The notes under the pieces: generated by a model | Databases searched by the model: none | Seen by the model: only the letters and a program-made list of their open reading frames with translations | Told to the model about the DNA's origin: nothing | Made by a program: the position numbers and the translations under genes | From: Eledone cirrhosa | Taxonomy: Eukaryota | Direction: 5' to 3' | DNA: 64,000 nt | Assembly (NCBI GenBank): GCA_964016885.1 | Contig: CAXHJY010001349.1 | Coordinates: 1-64,000 of the forward strand | In this document: in pieces, positions 57,980 through 64,000 of the stretch | How the letters are laid out: each line of letters opens with the position of its first letter | Numbering within the stretch: the first letter of the stretch is position 1

Positions 57980-58574
57980 ACAAACTCATACACACAAGAA
58001 CACATTTACACATACATTCATGTATACATACATGCATGCATACATCCATACATATGTACGTACATTCGTACAATCATCCATACATACATACAAGCACACA
58101 CACATACATTCATGTATACATACTTGCATACATACAATCACATACACATACATACATGTATACATACATATGTACATACAAAATACATACGTATATACAT
58201 ACTCACATACACACATATTACGCCATATTATGTTGAAATATTAAAGCACATACGTGCATTCTCTTATTTTTATTCATTTTATGCATGCGTAAACGATGTA
58301 TCTAAAATATGTTAAAATGCTAAAATGTCTAGCTGTAAAATAACTTCTAATATTTAGTAAAAGAACTGAAACATCTAACATTTTCTTATGACTTCAGAAA
58401 ATAAACGGTTCCAGAACACCGACAAAGATTTCTTTACTTTTGATACTCGCTCACATTCTATCAAATCGGATACTTATTTGTATTTAGGAATTTATAACGT
58501 TCACCATTTTGTTTTTTGAATTTCAAAAATTTAGATATTCTTTTGGAAATTTGCTGTTACACACACACGTATAT

Positions 58575-58654
<80 letters not shown>

Positions 58655-59021
58655 ATATATATATATATACACACATATCTCTTTATATATATACACATAT
58701 CTATATATATACATATATATGCATATATACATATAAATATATATATATATAGATATATATATACATATATATGCATATATACAAATATATATATATATAT
58801 ATAGATATATACATATCTATATATATACATATATATGCATATATACATATAAATATATATATATAGATATATACATATCTATATATATACATATATATGC
58901 ATATATACATGTAAATATATATATATATATAGATATATATATATATACATAAATGTATATATATACATATATATATATATATAAATGTATATATATGCGT
59001 ATATATATATGCTGGCTTATA

Positions 59022-59076
<55 letters not shown>

Positions 59077-59090
59077 ATAGACCCTCACAC
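57980..59090. repeat. Degenerate (CA/TA) and (TA)n microsatellites
   Basis: Directly visible at 57980-58220 and 58560-59075. Confidence 0.85.
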
Positions 59091-59710
59091 GCACATCTAT
59101 ATTTAAGTAAACCTATGAAAAGGGGCATTTAGTTAATACCATTTACGTAAATGTGTGGTAGTATGCATGAAGCAACGTAAGAATGCTTTTGATCTTCAGG
59201 ATTTATATATTCTTGGGTATAAGGACAGGGAAATGAATTACATGTGAAATGTAACCAGATATTGAATTTAAACCTATCGTATACAATCTGCTTGTTATTC
59301 ATTCGAGGTCGATAAGAAAGTACTAGTCTAGTACTGATGTAGATGTTTCCTCTATATCTCTTTCTTATTTCCTCTCTCTCACTATCCTTCTTTGGAAGAA
59401 ATCTGCTGTATTTAGATCTGGATAGAAGATGGGCTTCGCCAGGTTTAAAAAGTGTCCTAAGAAAAAGCCGTATGCTGATATGGCACCACTACGACTCCTT
59501 CAGGAGTTACGGGTCCATATCATACAAACTGCGTTTCTTATCTGTAACACTGACAAACGTTAATGCATATACACACACACATAAACACACATATATGTAT
59601 GTATACATACAAATACAAACACATATTCATATATATATATGTAAATATATTTATATAGACATGGGTTTCCATCCCGCCCGTCCCGTCAATCTATCTTATT
59701 TCTTATTCTT

Positions 59711-59746
59711 TCTTCTGATGAAAGTCTAGCGTCCGAAACGTTAAGA
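59711..59746 (+). ncRNA. Degenerate minimal hammerhead motif
   Basis: tctt-CTGATGA-(weak stem II)-GAAA-cg-TT-aaga. Confidence 0.5.
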
Positions 59747-59841
59747 CCCTCTTCCTGCTACTTCAAGCGTTAACATAATATATTCCTTCCATATAGTGTA
59801 CCGATTGTGATGTTATTTCTGTTTACCTTTTACATACATAT

Positions 59842-59891
<50 letters not shown>

Positions 59892-60177
59892 ATGTATGTG
59901 TGTTGGTATGTATGCATTTATATATGCCTGCATCTACGTATGTATGTATGTTCTGGTTTTATCATTTTATAAATTTTTTACCAATAGAGAGTCAATTTCT
60001 AACATAGGTACAAGACTCTCATTGGAATTTACACAACATCGACTAGGTAGATATGCATTCATGTCTGCATTTATGCACGTGTACAGGTATGGATTCTAAT
60101 GTATGTGTGGATGTGTATATTTTGAGTTATATGCGTGCATGTGCATATGCTTTGTATCTGTACATGTGTATATGCAG

Positions 60178-60805
60178 TTATTAGATGCAGAATTTTTGGA
60201 ATGTTTTTACTCTTCCATTAATGGATTGTACTTGTAATTTCCCAACTAGTCGTGTTTCTTCTGTTTCTGTGAAGCCCAACTTCTCAATATTTGTACCGAG
60301 GCAGTTACTAACATATTCCAGTGGCCCAATAATCACAGGAATAAATCTGAAGGTATAGTCAGGGTGAAGTATTTGCAGATTTCTCATTAGTTCTGCATAG
60401 ATATTCTCCTTTTCCCTAATCTTTAAAATTATATTGGCATCTGCTGGGCAGATAACTTCCACTACCGTGCATGCCTTCTTTTCCCTGTCCCATATCATTA
60501 TATCTGGTCTGTTATGTTTGCATTTTATTGGAGTTTTAACTGGGACATTCCACCAGTACTCTTGCATATTATGTATGTATATGTCTTCAACATATAACTT
60601 TGTATATGTTTATTGTTGGGGCTACCTTTTCTACGGGTTGCATTGTACAGTGTTTTGGCCACTAGATCATGCCTCATAGATAGATAGTACCATGAATACA
60701 TATTTGGAAAGCTGCTTATGACACCTTCGATGTTAATTCTGCAGAGTCTGCAGAAAACATCTAGGTGTTTTGCCTGCATCCCTATCTTTTTTGTGAATCA
60801 GGTAT
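60178..60805 (-). mobile_element. 3' fragment of a restriction-like-endonuclease non-LTR retrotransposon (R4/Dong-like)
   Basis: CRLC, RHDLVAKTLY, NRPDIMIWD..VEV..P.D..K..EK..Y..L, IPVIIG; frameshifted. Confidence 0.85.
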
Positions 60806-60855
60806 TTTTATGTATGTATGTATGTCAGTATGTATGTATGTCAGTATGTATGTAT

Positions 60856-61474
60856 GTCAGGTCACCACTTGGTGCTACTGGTAACATGTATTCCAGTACA
60901 ACCTGTCCCATGGTCGGGTCGTTGGCGACTAAACTGGCAACCCCACTAAGGTTTCTTGGTGAGGAGGGTGACTTTGGACATCCTGCAGGACTAAAAACAA
61001 AACCTGTCAAAGGGCAAAGGAGCTCTTAAGAGTCAATGGCCATCCAAAATCACCGGGAGAGATGACCCCTTAGCCTTTGTCAAGGCAGAATTCTAGGAGA
61101 AGGAAAACTCTGATATAACACCTGCAACTCTGATGGTATCCAATAATGTTGACTTGTTCTTCTTTTTGGTAAATATCATCTTGGTTAAGTGAGTGGGACT
61201 GGCTTTGTGCAGTGCCTTTGATCACTATAAAAGCTTCACAGCACAGGCATTGCTTTATATCTGGAGATCTCCCTGCACTTGTCGTCATATGATACCATGG
61301 GCCCAGCACTATGTGTCGATAATTGTCACAAGTGTAGTGTTTGTACCAGAGTTTTCAAGTCGCTGGCTGGACTAAAAAGTCACACTCGTTCAGCGCATAG
61401 GTAGGGGTTCTCCTACATGGATATAAAGTAGTGGCCGTACTCGAAAACGAGTTGGCAGCCACCATATATGTATG

Positions 61475-61559
<85 letters not shown>

Positions 61560-61842
61560 ATGTATATATGTATATATATATGTATGTATATATATATATA
61601 TATATGTATGTATATATATGTATATATGTATGTATATATATGTATGTATGTATCTGTATGTATATATATGTATGTATATATATATATGTATGTATATATA
61701 TATATATGTATGTATATATATATGTATATGTATATATGTATGTATATATATATATATGTATGTATATATATATATGTATATATATATGTATGTATATATG
61801 TATGTATATGTATGTATGTATGTATGTATATATGTATGTATG

Positions 61843-61893
<51 letters not shown>

Positions 61894-64000
61894 ATGTATG
61901 TGTGTATGTGTGTATGTATGTATGTATGTATGTATGTATGTATGTATGTATGTATGTATGTCAGGTCACCAGTTGGTGCTACTGGTAACATGTATCCCAG
62001 TACAACCTGTCTCATGGTCGGGTCGTTGGCGACTAAACTTGCAACCCCACCAAGGTTTCTTGGTGAGGAGGGTGACTTTGGACATCCTGAAGGACTAAAA
62101 ACAAAACCTCTCAAATCGCAAAGGAGATCTTAAGAGTCAATGGTCATCCAAAATCACTGGGAGAGATAACCCCTTAGCCTTTGTCAAGGCAGAATTCTAG
62201 GAGAAGGAACACTCTGATATAACACCTGCAACCCTGATGGTATCCAATGATGTTGACTTGTTCTTCTTTTTGGTAAATATCATATTGGTTAAGTGAGTGG
62301 GACTGGCATTGTGCAGTGCCTTTGCTCACTATAAAAGCTTCACGGCACAGGCATTGCTTTATATCTGGAGATCTCTCTGCACTTGTCGTCACATGGTACC
62401 ATGGTCCTAGCACTATGTATCAATAATTGTCACAGGTGTAGTGTTTGTACCAGAGTTTTCAAGACGCTGGCTGGACTAAAGTTACATTCGTTCAGCGCAT
62501 CAGTAGGAGTTCTCCTACATGGATATAAAGTAGTGGCCGGACTCGAAAACGAGTGGGCAGCCACCATGTATGTATGTATGTATGTATGTATGTATGTATG
62601 TATGTATGTATGTATGTATGTATGTATGTATGTATGTATGTATGTCATCTCTCCCGGTGATTTTGAATAGCCATTGACTCTTAAGAGCTCCTTTGCCCTT
62701 TGACAGGTTTTGTTTTTAGTCCTGCAGGATGTCCAAAGTCACCCTCCTCACCAAGAAACCTTGGTGGGGTTGCCAGTTTAGTTGCCAACGACCCGACCAT
62801 GAGACAGGTTGTACTGGGATACATGTTACCAGTAGCACTAACTGGTGGCCTTTGTCAAGGCAGAATTCTAGCAGAAGGAAAACTCTGATATAACACCTGC
62901 AACCCTGATGGTATCCAATGATGTTGACTTGTTCTTCTTTTTGGTAAATACCATCTTGGTTAAGAGAGTGGGACTGGCTTTGTGCAGTGCCTTTGCTCAC
63001 TATAAAAGCTTCACCGCACAGGTATTGCTTTATATCTGGAGATCTCTCTGCACTTGTCGTCACATGGTACCATGAGCCCAGCACTATGTGTCAATAATTG
63101 TCACAAGTGTAGTGTTTGTACCAGAGTTTTCAAGTCGCTGGCTGGATTAAAAAGTCACACTCGTTCAGCGCATTGGTAGGGGTTCTCCTACACGGATATA
63201 AAGTAGTGGCCGTACTCGAAAACGAGTTGGCAGCCACCATGTATGTATGTATGTATGTATGTATGTATGTATGTATGTATGTATGTATGTATGTATGTAT
63301 GTATGTATGTATGTCAGGTCACCAGTTGGTGCTACTGGTAACATGTATCCCAGTACAACCTGTCTTTTGGTCGGGTCGTTGGCGACTAAACTGGCAACCC
63401 CACCAAGGTTTCTGGGTGAGGAGGGTGACTTTGGACAGCCTGCAGGACTAAAAACAAAACCTGTCAAAGGGCAAAGGAGCTCGTAAGTGTCAATGGCCAT
63501 CCAAAATCACCGGGAGAGATGACCTCTTAGCCTTTGTCAAGGCAGAATTCTAGGAGAAGGAAAACTCTGATATAACACCTGCAACCCTGATGGTATCCAA
63601 TGATGTTGACTTGTTCTTCTTTTTGGTAAATATCATCTTGGTTAAGAGAGTGGGACTGGCTTTGTGCAGTGACTTTGCTCACTATAAAAGCTTCACGGCA
63701 CAGGCATTGCTTTATATCTGGAGATCTCTCTGCTTTTGTCATCACATGGTACCATGGGCCCAGTACTATGTGTCAATAATTGTCAGAAGTGTAGTGTTTG
63801 TACCAGAGTTTTCAAGTCGCTGGCTGGACTAAAGTCACATTCGTTCAGCGCATCGGTAGGGGTTCTCCTACATGGATATAAAGTAGTGGCCGTACTCGAA
63901 AACGAGTTGGCAGCCACCATGTATGTATGTATGTATGTATGTATGTATGTATGTATGTATGTATGTATGTATCCAATGATGTTGACTTGTTCTTCTTTTT
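60856..64000 (+). mobile_element. Head-to-tail cluster of RTE-derived ~605-bp elements (60856-61465, 61960-62567, 62644-63240 with 5' inversion, 63313-63920, fragment from 63971) separated by (ATGT)n tails
   Basis: Copies align; 3' region encodes [22 protein letters not shown] (C2H2), then a ctcg-aaaa-cgag stem-loop and (ATGT)n. Confidence 0.85.

Noticed and set aside
59465-59515. Faint mariner-like YSPDLAP.DY motif
   Set aside because: Too short and degenerate; no TIRs or other transposase motifs found

Overview
Eukaryotic, gene-free, repeat-dominated window. The SINEs and repeat types suggest a cephalopod, probably Octopus (inference). Positions 1 to ~51.7 kb are a long interrupted (TA)n/(TATAC)n microsatellite field. 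Nearly all 'IYIY' ORFs in the track are artefacts of it. At least 20 unrelated inserts sit in this field: (i) several Penelope-like retroelements (PLEs; RT plus C-terminal GIY-YIG), one with an intact 776-aa ORF; (ii) about ten non-coding, hammerhead-ribozyme (HHR)-bearing, retrozyme-like or non-autonomous PLE elements, arranged as tandem, direct-repeat or foldback copies; (iii) an apparently intact APE-RT LINE with a CCCH-finger ORF1, plus a second decayed LINE; (iv) a non-autonomous Helitron with a spliced STPR-repeat minigene; (v) an RTE-derived ~605-bp element with an (ATGT)n tail. I can read about 20 HHR motifs by eye. Two complete families have a covariant U3:A8 catalytic core and a third, junction-truncated one probably does. 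Two foldbacks have their apex at HHR stem II. Both the LINE and one Penelope have an in-frame U_UUU_UUA heptamer placed as expected for -1 frameshifting. The last 12 kb hold tRNA-derived SINEs, decayed LINE fragments, an R4/Dong-type endonuclease fragment and a head-to-tail cluster of the RTE-derived element. All structures were read manually; no database search or folding program was run.
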